Origin: Candidatus Saccharimonadota bacterium
GTDB lineage: Bacteria > Bacteroidota > Bacteroidia > Cytophagales > Amoebophilaceae
Length of the DNA: 32,000 nucleotides
Direction of reading: 5' to 3'
Assembly: GCF_003351905.1 (NCBI RefSeq)
Contig: NZ_CP022339.1
Location: 1,050,001-1,082,000 of the forward strand
Shown here: positions 1-8,754 of the stretch, in pieces
How the letters are laid out: every line of letters starts with the position of its first letter
Numbering within the stretch: position 1 is the first letter of the stretch
Program-made: the position numbers and the translations under genes
Notes under the pieces: generated by a model
Seen by the model: the letters and a program-made list of their open reading frames with translations, nothing else
The model's database searches: none
Told to the model about the DNA's origin: nothing

Positions 1-1983
1 TTTCAAGAGGGGTTGAATGTGATTGAGTATTTTATTGCTACGCATGGTGCCAGAAAGGGTTTGGCGGATACCGCTTTAAAAACAGCGGATGCAGGTTATC
101 TAACGAGAAGGTTGGTCGATGTAGCACAAGACTTAACTGTTGTGGAAGAGGATTGTGGTACCCTTAAAGGCATTCATGTAACCGCTGTGAAAGTAGAGAA
201 TAGGGTGGTTGAATCACTTTCAGAACGTATTCTCGGGCGTGTAGTAGTCGAAGATATTTTGGATCCCCAAACAGGCATTTTGCTCGTTGCACGTGGCAAC
301 GGCATTGATGAACAAATGGCTGCGCGCATAGAAGCAGCTGGTCTAGAAGGCGTCTTGGTACGTTCTGTCTTGACCTGTGATTTACCGCAAGGGGTTTGTG
401 TAAAATGTTATGGGCGCAACTTAGCTACAGGCAATATGGTATCTGTGGGCGAGGCAGTTGGGGTCATTGCGGCACAATCTATTGGGCAGCCTGGTACACA
501 GCTTACCATGAGAACCTTCCACGTCGGAGGTATTGCGTCTAATGTGACCGTTGATGCGAAGGTTAAAGCCAAGTATGCAGGGGTTGTCAACTTTGAAGAC
601 CTAATGGTGACCAGTTATATAGATGCAAATGGAATGGGCGTGGAAGTTGTTATGAGCCGCTCTTCGGAGCTACAAATTTTGGATGCAGATACAAGAAAAG
701 TCTTGACCAGTACCCATTTACCCTATGGTTCACATCTTAAAGTCAAAAACAATCAAATGGTAAGCTATGATCAAGAGCTTTACCATTGGGATCCTTATAA
801 TGTGGTATTATTGGCTACCCAGGATGGCGTCGTGAACTTCCTAGGCCTTGAAGAAGGGATTACCTATCAAGAAGAATTTGATGAACAAACCGGCCGGAAA
901 GCAAAGGTCATGATTGAGTCTAGGGATAAAACCAAACATCCAAGTGTAGTCTTATGTGATGAGGCAGGTGTAACCATTGCTTCGTATACCCTTCCTGTGA
1001 AAGCGCAGTTAGCCGTAGAAGTAGGGGACAAGGTCCATAAAGGAGAGGTGCTTGCTCGGGTGCCTCGTATCATCAATCAATCTCGAGACATTACAGGTGG
1101 TTTACCTCGTGTAGTGGAGCTTTTTGAGGCTAGAAAGCCTGCCAATACAGCTTTTATTAGTGAGTTAAGTGGCGTGGTAACCTATGGGGGTATTAAAAGA
1201 GGCAATAGAGAAATTTTTATTGAGTCTAAAGAAGGCATACAGGTCAAGTATATGATCCCATTGTCTAAGCATATCTTGGTCCAAGACAACGACTATGTAA
1301 AAGTAGGGGAGGTGATTACAGATGGTGCGGTAGCTGCTGCTGATCTTTTGGTTACAAAAGGTCCACTGGTTGCACAGGAATACATTATGAATGAGCTACA
1401 AAACGTATATCGTTTACAAGGTGAGAAAATCAATAATAAACATATTGAAATCATCATTAAACAGATGATGCGTAAGGTAGAGGTACTGGATCCAGGCGAT
1501 ACGACCCTATTGCATGGGCAGGTGATTGATAAGGTTAAGTTCTTTGAAGAGAATGATAGGGTTCGTGATCAATCTATTGTGCTCAAGCCTGGTGATTCTA
1601 CATTATTTAAGCAAGGGCAATTTATCTCCTCTAGTAGGTTGCAACAAGAGAATGATAAACTAAAGCAGCAGGGGTTGGTGGCTGTTGAAGCCAAACCAGT
1701 AGAATTGGCCGTTGCGCAACCAAAACTGCAAGGTATTACCCAAATCTCCTTGGCTACAGAAAGTTTCTTATCTGCAGCTTCTTTCCAAGAAACAGCTAAG
1801 GTGTTGAGTGATGCAGGTATTAGTGCCAAGTATGATAGGCTAAAAGGATTGAAAGAAAATATTATTGTAGGTCATTTGATTCCTGCTGGAACGGGTATGC
1901 GCCGTTACGAAAAGTTGGTTGTCAACTCTAAAAGCGAATATGAGGCTTTGGTAGCTGCTAAAGCGGGTGCAACAGCGGGGTAG
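1..1983 (+). CDS. rpoC: DNA-directed RNA polymerase subunit beta' (C-terminal ~660 codons; the 5' end lies upstream of the window)
   Basis: Frame 1 is open from base 1 ([12 protein letters not shown]...). It contains the conserved beta' motifs [31 protein letters not shown] and [28 protein letters not shown], and the C-terminal [19 protein letters not shown]. Stop codon at 1981-1983. Confidence 0.97.
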   Translation, partial: FQEGLNVIEYFIATHGARKGLADTALKTADAGYLTRRLVDVAQDLTVVEEDCGTLKGIHVTAVKVENRVVESLSERILGRVVVEDILDPQTGILLVARGNGIDEQMAARIEAAGLEGVLVRSVLTCDLPQGVCVKCYGRNLATGNMVSVGEAVGVIAAQSIGQPGTQLTMRTFHVGGIASNVTVDAKVKAKYAGVVNFEDLMVTSYIDANGMGVEVVMSRSSELQILDADTRKVLTSTHLPYGSHLKVKNNQMVSYDQELYHWDPYNVVLLATQDGVVNFLGLEEGITYQEEFDEQTGRKAKVMIESRDKTKHPSVVLCDEAGVTIASYTLPVKAQLAVEVGDKVHKGEVLARVPRIINQSRDITGGLPRVVELFEARKPANTAFISELSGVVTYGGIKRGNREIFIESKEGIQVKYMIPLSKHILVQDNDYVKVGEVITDGAVAAADLLVTKGPLVAQEYIMNELQNVYRLQGEKINNKHIEIIIKQMMRKVEVLDPGDTTLLHGQVIDKVKFFEENDRVRDQSIVLKPGDSTLFKQGQFISSSRLQQENDKLKQQGLVAVEAKPVELAVAQPKLQGITQISLATESFLSAASFQETAKVLSDAGISAKYDRLKGLKENIIVGHLIPAGTGMRRYEKLVVNSKSEYEALVAAKAGATAG

Positions 1984-2120
1984 GTACGTAGTGATAGATA
2001 TAAAAAAAGCATCTGTTCACGATATTGGTTAATAATGCATTTTATCCCCAAATTAGTCAATGTAGGAGCTTATCGGGTGCGATACAGATGGACGTAATGC
2101 AGACGAAGAAGACGATCCGT

Positions 2121-2153
2121 GCGCCGTATGAGGGAAAACCTCACGTACGGTGC
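2121..2153 (+). ncRNA. Hairpin resembling group II intron domain V (CGC-triad type, as in class C introns). It appears to be an isolated intron fragment.
   Basis: The sequence is GCGCCGUAU-GAGG-GAAAA-CCUC-AC-GUACGGUGC. It folds into a 9-bp lower helix, a 2-nt AC bulge, a 4-bp upper helix and a GAAA-type loop. This matches the canonical domain V layout (compare GAGCCGUAU..GAAA..AC GUACGGUUC). A GUGCG lies at 2077-2081, but there is far too little sequence for a complete intron. Confidence 0.5.
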
Positions 2154-2298
2154 GACGAGGGGGTGCTGGAAACGGGAAAGAGAGATTGGGTTATTTAGGC
2201 ACGAAATCGGAAACGATGGACACGGATAAACCTGGTCCTATACTTCACCGCGCCAGTGCTCTACTCTACCCAAACTTATTGCTTTATATGGTGCTAAG

Positions 2299-2952
2299 AT
2301 GGAACCTAAATCCTACCAAATGCCTGTAGCAAGTATTCAAGCCTTAAAGCAACAAAAAACACTTCTTGCACAGTTGAAGAAACAACTTACGATGTCTTAT
2401 AATTTGTTAGAATCTTTTAGTGTGTTGCCTAAAACAGATGCTGTAACCTTAAAAGTGATCAATCAAAATATAGCTTCTTTAGAAGAACAAATAGCATTCT
2501 TAGAGCAAGAAATGCTTACTATTACACAGGAACGCTGTAAAGAACTCTACACACAGATCAGTTCTATTCAAGGTATTGGGGATAGAACCACTATGGAGCT
2601 TATCGTTGGCACTGGTGGCGGTCACCATTTTGAAAGTGCTAAGCAGTTCTCTAAATACATTGGGCTAGCGCCTACTTATGAACATTCAGGCTCATCGGTA
2701 AGAAAAAAAGGCCATATTAATCGTCATGGCAACCCGGGATTGCGTTCTTTGCTCTATATAGCTTCTTGGTCAGCTATACGCTTTAATAAGTCCTGTAAGG
2801 ACTTTTATGAGCGGTTAAAAGCAAGGGGTAAGCCTAGTAAAGTGGCACTGATTGCAGTAGCTAACAAGCTTATTAGACAAGTATTTGCTATTATGCGCGA
2901 CAATACTTTTTATGTAGATGGCCATGTATCTAAACTAAAAGTCAGCCCTTAG
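2299..2952 (+). CDS. IS110-family transposase, C-terminal part only (Transposase_20-like region). The N-terminal DEDD catalytic domain is missing, so the gene is probably non-functional.
   Basis: The product carries SIQGIGDRTTMELIV...FESAKQFSKYIGLAPTYEHSGSSVRKKGHINRHGNPGLRSLLYIASWSAIRFN, typical of the IS110/IS116/IS902 C-terminal domain. The ORF starts at roughly the equivalent of residue 115 of full-length proteins. The same frame has a stop at 2227-2229, and only ~300 nt separate this ORF from rpoC. Confidence 0.85.
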   Translation: MEPKSYQMPVASIQALKQQKTLLAQLKKQLTMSYNLLESFSVLPKTDAVTLKVINQNIASLEEQIAFLEQEMLTITQERCKELYTQISSIQGIGDRTTMELIVGTGGGHHFESAKQFSKYIGLAPTYEHSGSSVRKKGHINRHGNPGLRSLLYIASWSAIRFNKSCKDFYERLKARGKPSKVALIAVANKLIRQVFAIMRDNTFYVDGHVSKLKVSP

Positions 2953-3021
2953 CCTGCCTAAACAGGAAAGATAATAGTTGATTATTTGATTATGAATATA
3001 AATTAAAAATATAACAGTTAT

Positions 3022-3069
3022 GATGTGGATTTATGGATAACTTTATCAAGTTATCCATAAATCCACATC
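3022..3069. repeat. Perfect 21-bp inverted repeat (hairpin with a 6-nt loop) in the 3' non-coding part of the IS110 remnant
   Basis: GATGTGGATTTATGGATAACT (3022-3042), loop TTATCA, AGTTATCCATAAATCCACATC (3049-3069). The two arms are exact reverse complements. Confidence 0.9.
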
Positions 3070-3154
3070 TCAATCAAAATAAACCTTAAAAATGAAATAT
3101 TTTTCTAACAAAAAATTTGCTTATTAACATAGTGCGTGAACAGATACCAGATAC

Positions 3155-4018
3155 TTATACATGTCGTTCTGCATGGTAGGACGAGCGTACAAGTGGCCCA
3201 GACTCCACGTAAGCAAATCCACGCTTGAGTCCCTCTTCTTTAAAATGGGCAAATTTGTCTGGATGTACGAAAGCAGCCACTTCAAGATGTTGCTTGGTAG
3301 GTTGTAAATATTGCCCCAGCGTTAAGACATCCAAGTCATGCGCCCGTAGGTCATCCATCACCTGATAGACCTCCGCATCTGTTTCACCTAATCCGAGCAT
3401 AATACCCGATTTAGATCGTTTCCCATATGCTTTAATCCGTTTAAGTTGCTCTAGGCTTCGGGCATATTTAGCCTGCGGGCGTACTTTTTTATAGAGCCTT
3501 TCTACCGTTTCCATATTGTGTGAGACTACCTCTTGACCCGCACTAATCATCCTTTCTAGTGCCCACCAAATCCCCTTCACATCTGGAATTAACGTTTCTA
3601 TAGTGGTAGTAGGATTCAAAGCCTTGATTTCCTTAACCGTTTGGTACCAAATCTCTGCGCCACAATCCTTTAGTTCATCTCTATTTACCGAGGTAATTAC
3701 CGCATGTTTCACCCCCATCAGATGAATCGCTTGTGCGACCCGTTTGGGTTCATCCTTATCATACGCAGTAGGTCTTCCAGTAGCTACTGCACAAAAGCCA
3801 CAACTGCGCGTGCAAATATTCCCCAATATCATAAAAGTAGCCGTACCTGCTCCCCAACATTCACCCATATTCGGACAATTTCCGCTGGTGCAAATGGTAT
3901 GTAGTTTGTGTTGATCTACAATAGCACGTACCGCTCTATAGTGCTTACCTATTGGTAATTTAACCCGCAACCAATCTGGACGTTGGGGGGGGGGCATCGG
4001 TAAGGTGGTTTCTTTCAT
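3155..4018 (-). CDS. lipA: Lipoyl synthase (radical SAM)
   Basis: The product has the N-terminal cluster motif [13 protein letters not shown], the radical-SAM motif [10 protein letters not shown], and a C-terminal [10 protein letters not shown]. Its length of 287 aa is typical for LipA. Confidence 0.97.
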   Translation of the reverse strand: MKETTLPMPPPQRPDWLRVKLPIGKHYRAVRAIVDQHKLHTICTSGNCPNMGECWGAGTATFMILGNICTRSCGFCAVATGRPTAYDKDEPKRVAQAIHLMGVKHAVITSVNRDELKDCGAEIWYQTVKEIKALNPTTTIETLIPDVKGIWWALERMISAGQEVVSHNMETVERLYKKVRPQAKYARSLEQLKRIKAYGKRSKSGIMLGLGETDAEVYQVMDDLRAHDLDVLTLGQYLQPTKQHLEVAAFVHPDKFAHFKEEGLKRGFAYVESGPLVRSSYHAERHV

Positions 4019-4149
4019 ACGAGTGGTTTATAGCTTAGAAAGCCCAATATATCAAAAACTGCTACAATATTTACCTTTCCTCTCTAAGTTAAGGCTTAGG
4101 CCACATAAATATCTATGTAATCATCATGTTATAATAGTGAAAATTATCT

Positions 4150-4157
4150 TATATTTG
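4150..4157 (+). promoter_or_regulatory. Candidate Bacteroidetes-type -7 promoter element (TAnnTTTG) upstream of the ABC-F gene
   Basis: TATATTTG lies at 4150-4157 in the divergent lipA/ABC-F intergenic region, about 85 nt upstream of the ATG at 4242. No clear -33 element was identified. Confidence 0.3.
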
Positions 4158-4241
4158 GAGCTTATGCCATAGAACGGTTTGCATACCATTTCCTGCGGTG
4201 TGGTCCCTAGCTATACCCTCGAAAAAAGCCAATAAAATTCC

Positions 4242-5852
4242 ATGATTGTAATCAACGACCTTACCTATCATTTGGGCAAGCGCACTTTATATGATGCAGC
4301 TTCATTGCATATTAAACCCAAAGATAAGATTGGCCTAATAGGCCCTAATGGAGCAGGAAAATCTACTTTATTAAAGATTATTACCGGTGACCTCACGCCA
4401 GATAGTGGCAAAGTAACCCGAAGGAAAGAATGTTCTATTGGCTTTTTGAACCAAGACTTGCTTTCCTATCAATCTCAGGACAGCATTCGGAATGTAGCCA
4501 TGGAAGCCTTCCGAGAAGCCTTGGCAACGCAAAAAAAGATTGAAGCTTTGTGTCAACAAATGGAGGTCAATTATTCCGATGATTTGCTAACGCAGTTATC
4601 GAACCTGCAAGAAACATTTGAGCGGATAGGCGGGTATGATATGCAGTCCAGAACTGAGGCGATGTTAGAGGGGATGGGTTTTACTACGAAAGATTTGGAT
4701 CGTTCCCTGTCTGAATTTTCAGGAGGGTGGCGCATGCGGGTTATGTTTGCCAAGCTCCTTTTGCAGCAGCCTGCTTTGTTGATATTGGATGAGCCCACCA
4801 ACCACTTGGATTTGGTTTCCATTAAATGGGTAGAAGCCTATTTAAAAAACTACGATAGTGCTTTTATAGTCGTCTCCCACGATAGAAGTTTTTTAGATGG
4901 TACGACCACTAAAATTGTAGAGATTACGGATAAAAAATTTACCATTTATGTAGGCAACTACAGTGACTACGAAATACAAAAATCCGAAAGGAGTGTGTTA
5001 CAGGAAAATGCCTATGCCAATCAACAAAAACAGCTCAAACACGCACAAGAATTTATTGATCGTTTTAGAGCTAAGGCTAGTAAAGCCAAGCTCGTTCAGT
5101 CTAGGATTAAGGCATTAGATAAAGTAGAGAAAATAGAGGCCCCTTCTGCGCAGCGCAAAACCATCAAGTTCCAGTTTTCCATCAAACAAAATCCCAGTAA
5201 GATTGTTGCTGTGATAGAAAAAATCAATAAATCCTATGGTCCCGTATCGATTCTAAAAGATGCCACTGTAGCAATCAACCGGGGTGATAAAATTGCTTTA
5301 ATCGGTGCCAATGGCCGTGGTAAAACCACCCTATTGCGTATCATAGCCGAGCATGAGGCCGCTGAGCAGCAGCAAAGAAGTTTGGGTAATAATGTCGAGA
5401 TGGCTTTTTATGCCCAACATCAGTTAGAAGCCTTAAATTTACAACATACCATTATAGAGGCCTTGCGTGCCCATAGCAGCAGTAGTGGAGCCGAACGTAC
5501 CGAGCAAGCGTTGCGTACCATAGCTGGGATGTTTCTTTTCACCAAAGATGATGTATTTAAAAAAATAGAGGTGCTCTCCGGTGGTGAAAAAGCACGTGTG
5601 GCCTTAGCTACTGTACTACTCTCTCAAGCCAACTTTCTATTACTCGACGAACCCACCAACCATTTAGATATTCAGTCTATTGATACACTTGGGCAAGCCC
5701 TACAGCAATATGAAGGCACCTGCTTGTTTGTATCCCATGACCGTAATTTTATCCAACAAGTGGCCAATAAGATTTGGTATATCGAAAACAAAAAAGTAAA
5801 GGTATTTCCCGGCAGTTACGAAGAATTTAAAGAAGTGGTCAATTTAAGTTAG
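4242..5852 (+). CDS. ABC-F family ATPase (two tandem ABC domains, no transmembrane domain)
   Basis: The first domain has Walker [10 protein letters not shown], signature LSGGWRMR and Walker [13 protein letters not shown]. The second has Walker [10 protein letters not shown], signature LSGGEKAR and [15 protein letters not shown]-rich linker lies between the two domains. Confidence 0.95.
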   Translation: MIVINDLTYHLGKRTLYDAASLHIKPKDKIGLIGPNGAGKSTLLKIITGDLTPDSGKVTRRKECSIGFLNQDLLSYQSQDSIRNVAMEAFREALATQKKIEALCQQMEVNYSDDLLTQLSNLQETFERIGGYDMQSRTEAMLEGMGFTTKDLDRSLSEFSGGWRMRVMFAKLLLQQPALLILDEPTNHLDLVSIKWVEAYLKNYDSAFIVVSHDRSFLDGTTTKIVEITDKKFTIYVGNYSDYEIQKSERSVLQENAYANQQKQLKHAQEFIDRFRAKASKAKLVQSRIKALDKVEKIEAPSAQRKTIKFQFSIKQNPSKIVAVIEKINKSYGPVSILKDATVAINRGDKIALIGANGRGKTTLLRIIAEHEAAEQQQRSLGNNVEMAFYAQHQLEALNLQHTIIEALRAHSSSSGAERTEQALRTIAGMFLFTKDDVFKKIEVLSGGEKARVALATVLLSQANFLLLDEPTNHLDIQSIDTLGQALQQYEGTCLFVSHDRNFIQQVANKIWYIENKKVKVFPGSYEEFKEVVNLS

Positions 5853-5880
5853 ATGGAATATCCATCTGCTTTGTGTTTGG
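5851..5880 (+). terminator. Possible intrinsic terminator overlapping the ABC-F stop codon
   Basis: A 7-bp stem AGATGGA (5851-5857) / TCCATCT (5861-5867) with loop ATA is followed by the T-rich GCTTTGTGTTT. The stem is weak and the tail is interrupted. Confidence 0.3.
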
Positions 5881-5910
5881 TAAACTACGTTGTTGTCCTT
5901 GAAGTATTGT

Positions 5911-6291
5911 TGTATGTGTTTAGCCAATGGCGTCAACTTAAGGAATATCTATTCTAACACAGCGATAGAAATGGCTAATGTGTATACGCCGCTGCTCATG
6001 GCCGCCAATAAAAAGTTGGTACGCAGTAAAAGTAATGAAACGAACTATTGTTCAGCGGGAAAAACAGAGTTCGCCCACTGCGTGGGCTTCAAACAAGAGC
6101 TGTTTTTCTAATCCGTTGAACAATAGTTCGTCAGAAAAATACCAGTTTACTGAAGCGCCAAGTTTTTTTATCGGCGGCCATAAGCCCTTTAAATTGACGC
6201 AATGGAAGCAAACGCCAATTAAAATAATTTTTTATTTAAAAATCAATAATATACAAGCCTTAAGTTGACGCCATTGCGCTGAACACATACA
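5911..6291. mobile_element. MITE-like element of ~380 bp that is palindromic over almost its whole length
   Basis: The TIRs are TGTATGTGTTTAGCCAATGGCGTCAACTTAAGG (5911-5943) and CCTTAAGTTGACGCCATTGCGCTGAACACATACA (6258-6291). Internal arm pairs include GGCCGCCAATAAAAAGTTGG / CCAAGTTTTTTTATCGGCGGCC and ACGAACTATTGTTCAGCGG / CCGTTGAACAATAGTTCGT. The ORFs predicted inside it (5890..6111, 5978..6268) are probably artefacts. Confidence 0.8.
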
Positions 6292-6868
6292 GTAGTATTG
6301 CCTATCGCTTTTTCAAGTTCTTTGGTGCTAACTATTTTTTTTCACAGCTAGTGCTATGGACCATAAACCTGATTTTATAAAGCCCTTTTTGACCCAGCCT
6401 CTGCCGCCAGCGGGTTCATGAACTAGGATGGCAAGGTAGTGCAAACTGAAACTAATCATACCCATACAGATATCCTAAATAAGGATTTTCTACCCATCTA
6501 AGGACCACTTGTGTATCAGTAATACTATTATATGACTGATAATGAGATGATATATAATCAAACGAATCTACGAAAAAGTTGTCTAGTTCCATAGCTATAG
6601 GCGCAGCCTGAATCCATGCTAAGCATTACCAAGGAATCGAATCAGATAGCTGGAATAAAGCGTCTTGAGGATGAAACAAACTAGGTAAACGCTGCTCAAA
6701 AAGCTTTCACCAATTATGATAATTATCTTTTTAAATTGTATCCCTATTTTTTAAACTTTTATATAAAAAACTAAAAAATTGATTAAATTATTTAGTAAAT
6801 ATAATCATTTTTACTATTATATACAAGTGAATAAGTAATAATTCAGGAACGACTAAATAAGTAAATCA

Positions 6869-8371
6869 ATGTTCTGTAAAAGCAATTTATATAGGTTTAA
6901 GCAACTGGTCCATATGATAGGGCTTAGTGGTTGCTCTTTATTATCTTTTGGTTGTAATCCCCTCAACACTATCGTGCCATGGGATCGCCCATCTTTAAAA
7001 ACTTATTGTTTAGCAAAGTTTAATCCGAGATATGGGTATTATCAGCTACAATCAGATTATGCATTATCTCAGTTTATAGAATCGTTTTCTGTTCCTTTGG
7101 TTGATGGTCAGCACGCTGGGGAAGCATTAAAGCAATATCGTAATGTAGAAGCTTTCTTTAGGAAAAGTCCATTCCTTGTAATGCGTATGCATTATCCTAA
7201 AATTGTTGAACAATTAAATAGTGATGAGCTTAAGTATTTCTATGTAATACAAAGCGATAATGATATTAGTAAAAAAATTAAAACAGGCACATTAGATATT
7301 GATTGGATTAAGCGTGAAATCAAGCGTATGCAAGCAACTAAGATTCGGCATATCCCATCTATAGTCCCTGATTTATGCACCATTATGGTGAATAAATATG
7401 CTCGGCAATGTTTGTTTCAACTAGACTATAAGCGTCTTGAGGATGAACCTTGGTTATCTTTATTCGAAAGCAGTATCTTCGCTAATCCTTGGGGTGCACT
7501 CTCTACAGTAGGTGATATTCATCTAGTTGAGTCAGTTCTAAACCATTGTATGGGGCAGTTAGATTGGTACAGGAGCCGTATTGAAAAGTATAGTTCTGAG
7601 GGAAATTCGGGGTCTTATAGTAGGGCTAAAGATGACTATGACGCATATGCTAAACAACTTGGCGCAGCGCTGATACGTTTCTTGTGCATGGCTATGAATA
7701 ATTATAATCATAGGGGACAAATCATTAAGCTTGTACTGGAGCAGGTTGGTTATTTAGATGATATGAACAGGCATCTTGATATCTATGCAGCGCAATCATG
7801 GTCTATGATTGCTTTGGATGAAGTATTAGCAAAAGGACAGTACGGTAATGATCCTGCCTATCTATCACTAGTTAGTCTATTATTGCGGCGTGTTGATGTC
7901 AATATGCAAGATGCGAATGGTAAGACGGCTTTACATAAGGTAAGTGCCATGCCCTATTTTGTGCGTAGTAGTAATACGAGTCCTTATGGTCCTGGTAAAG
8001 GTAGAATGAGATTTTTACTCAGGTATGGGGCTAATCCAAACATACAAGACTTTGATGGATGTACTCCATTGCATATCCTGGTGAAGACAGCTGATTTATC
8101 AGAATCTTGTATTGAATTATTGTTAAGGCATAAATGTAATCCAAATATACAGGACAACAATGGGGATACTGCTTTGCATCTAGCAGTATCTTGTGATAGA
8201 CCATCGTCGCTAGCCTATTTGTGTCGTATACCGGCTAGGGTAGATATAAAAAATAACAAAGGAGAAACTCCTTTGGATGTAGCGAAAAGTAGAGGTGTGA
8301 GAAAATTAATTGAGCTACTCAATACCTATATTGCTTATTTAAGTCAAATACAGTTGGTAGTTGCCCGTTAA
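6869..8371 (+). CDS. Ankyrin-repeat protein with an uncharacterised N-terminal ~330 aa and 3-4 C-terminal ANK repeats; eukaryote-like candidate effector
   Basis: ANK repeat signatures are DANGKTALHKV, DFDGCTPLHILVK...LLLRHKCNPNIQD, NNGDTALHLAV and NKGETPLDVAKSRG. The N-terminus is hydrophobic and Cys-containing (MIGLSGCSLLSFGC), which is possibly a signal or lipobox. Confidence 0.85.
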   Translation: MFCKSNLYRFKQLVHMIGLSGCSLLSFGCNPLNTIVPWDRPSLKTYCLAKFNPRYGYYQLQSDYALSQFIESFSVPLVDGQHAGEALKQYRNVEAFFRKSPFLVMRMHYPKIVEQLNSDELKYFYVIQSDNDISKKIKTGTLDIDWIKREIKRMQATKIRHIPSIVPDLCTIMVNKYARQCLFQLDYKRLEDEPWLSLFESSIFANPWGALSTVGDIHLVESVLNHCMGQLDWYRSRIEKYSSEGNSGSYSRAKDDYDAYAKQLGAALIRFLCMAMNNYNHRGQIIKLVLEQVGYLDDMNRHLDIYAAQSWSMIALDEVLAKGQYGNDPAYLSLVSLLLRRVDVNMQDANGKTALHKVSAMPYFVRSSNTSPYGPGKGRMRFLLRYGANPNIQDFDGCTPLHILVKTADLSESCIELLLRHKCNPNIQDNNGDTALHLAVSCDRPSSLAYLCRIPARVDIKNNKGETPLDVAKSRGVRKLIELLNTYIAYLSQIQLVVAR

Positions 8372-8754
8372 GGGGCCATTATAAACTATTCAACTCAGTC
8401 AAGTATAAGTTAGTATAAGTGCATTCATGTCTACTATAGTATAGTAAGTTATTTATCACTAGTGTAAATAACATTTGATAGCGATCTTTTCTCGTGTCTC
8501 TGCAGGACACTGTTGTAGCAAGGCAGTTTTATTTTTACTTATTTCTTAATAAGAAAGTAAGCAAAAACCTAGTGGCTTGAACAAATAGGATTTCCCTTAA
8601 GCCTCCACCATTGATTGAACCCTTAGGGCCTGATAGATATGGATCAGTGGTTGGTATATAGGAATTTATTTTGTTTATTTATCCCTTATTGTCAGTTACA
8701 GGCTTAATATAATCGCGTAACATTTAACCATTCAATCAATAACTTTAATCTAAA

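Larger units (their letters stand above)
2009..3147 (+). mobile_element. Composite, degraded mobile element bounded by ~36-bp imperfect terminal inverted repeats. It contains a group II intron-like fragment, a 5'-truncated IS110-family transposase gene and a 21-bp hairpin.
   Basis: The left end (2009-2044) reads GCATCTGTTCACGATATTGGTTAATAATGCATTTTA. The reverse complement of the right end (3112-3147) reads GTATCTGTTCACGCACTATGTTAATAAGCAAATTTT. The same ATCTGTTCA termini bound the MITE at 9564-9819. The element lies between the convergent rpoC and lipA stop codons. Confidence 0.6.

Noticed and set aside
408-1829. Three minus-strand ORFs (408..590, 867..1076, 1569..1829) inside rpoC
   Set aside because: They are antisense to a strongly conserved rpoC reading frame, have no recognisable motifs and have low-complexity Ser/Thr/Cys-rich translations. 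They are typical shadow ORFs.
2077-2270. A complete ORF-less group II intron starting at the GUGCG at 2077
   Set aside because: Only ~45 nt separate the GUGCG from the domain V-like hairpin. That is far too short for domains I-IV, so the GUGCG is probably coincidental and only a fragment is claimed.
3704-3904. Plus-strand ORF within lipA
   Set aside because: It is antisense to lipA, which has unambiguous radical-SAM motifs, so it is a shadow ORF.
4371-4822. Minus-strand ORFs 4371..4559 and 4571..4822
   Set aside because: They are antisense to the ABC-F gene and have no motifs.
5890-6268. ORFs 5890..6111 and 5978..6268 as genes
   Set aside because: Both lie entirely inside the palindromic MITE, overlap each other in different frames and give low-complexity translations.
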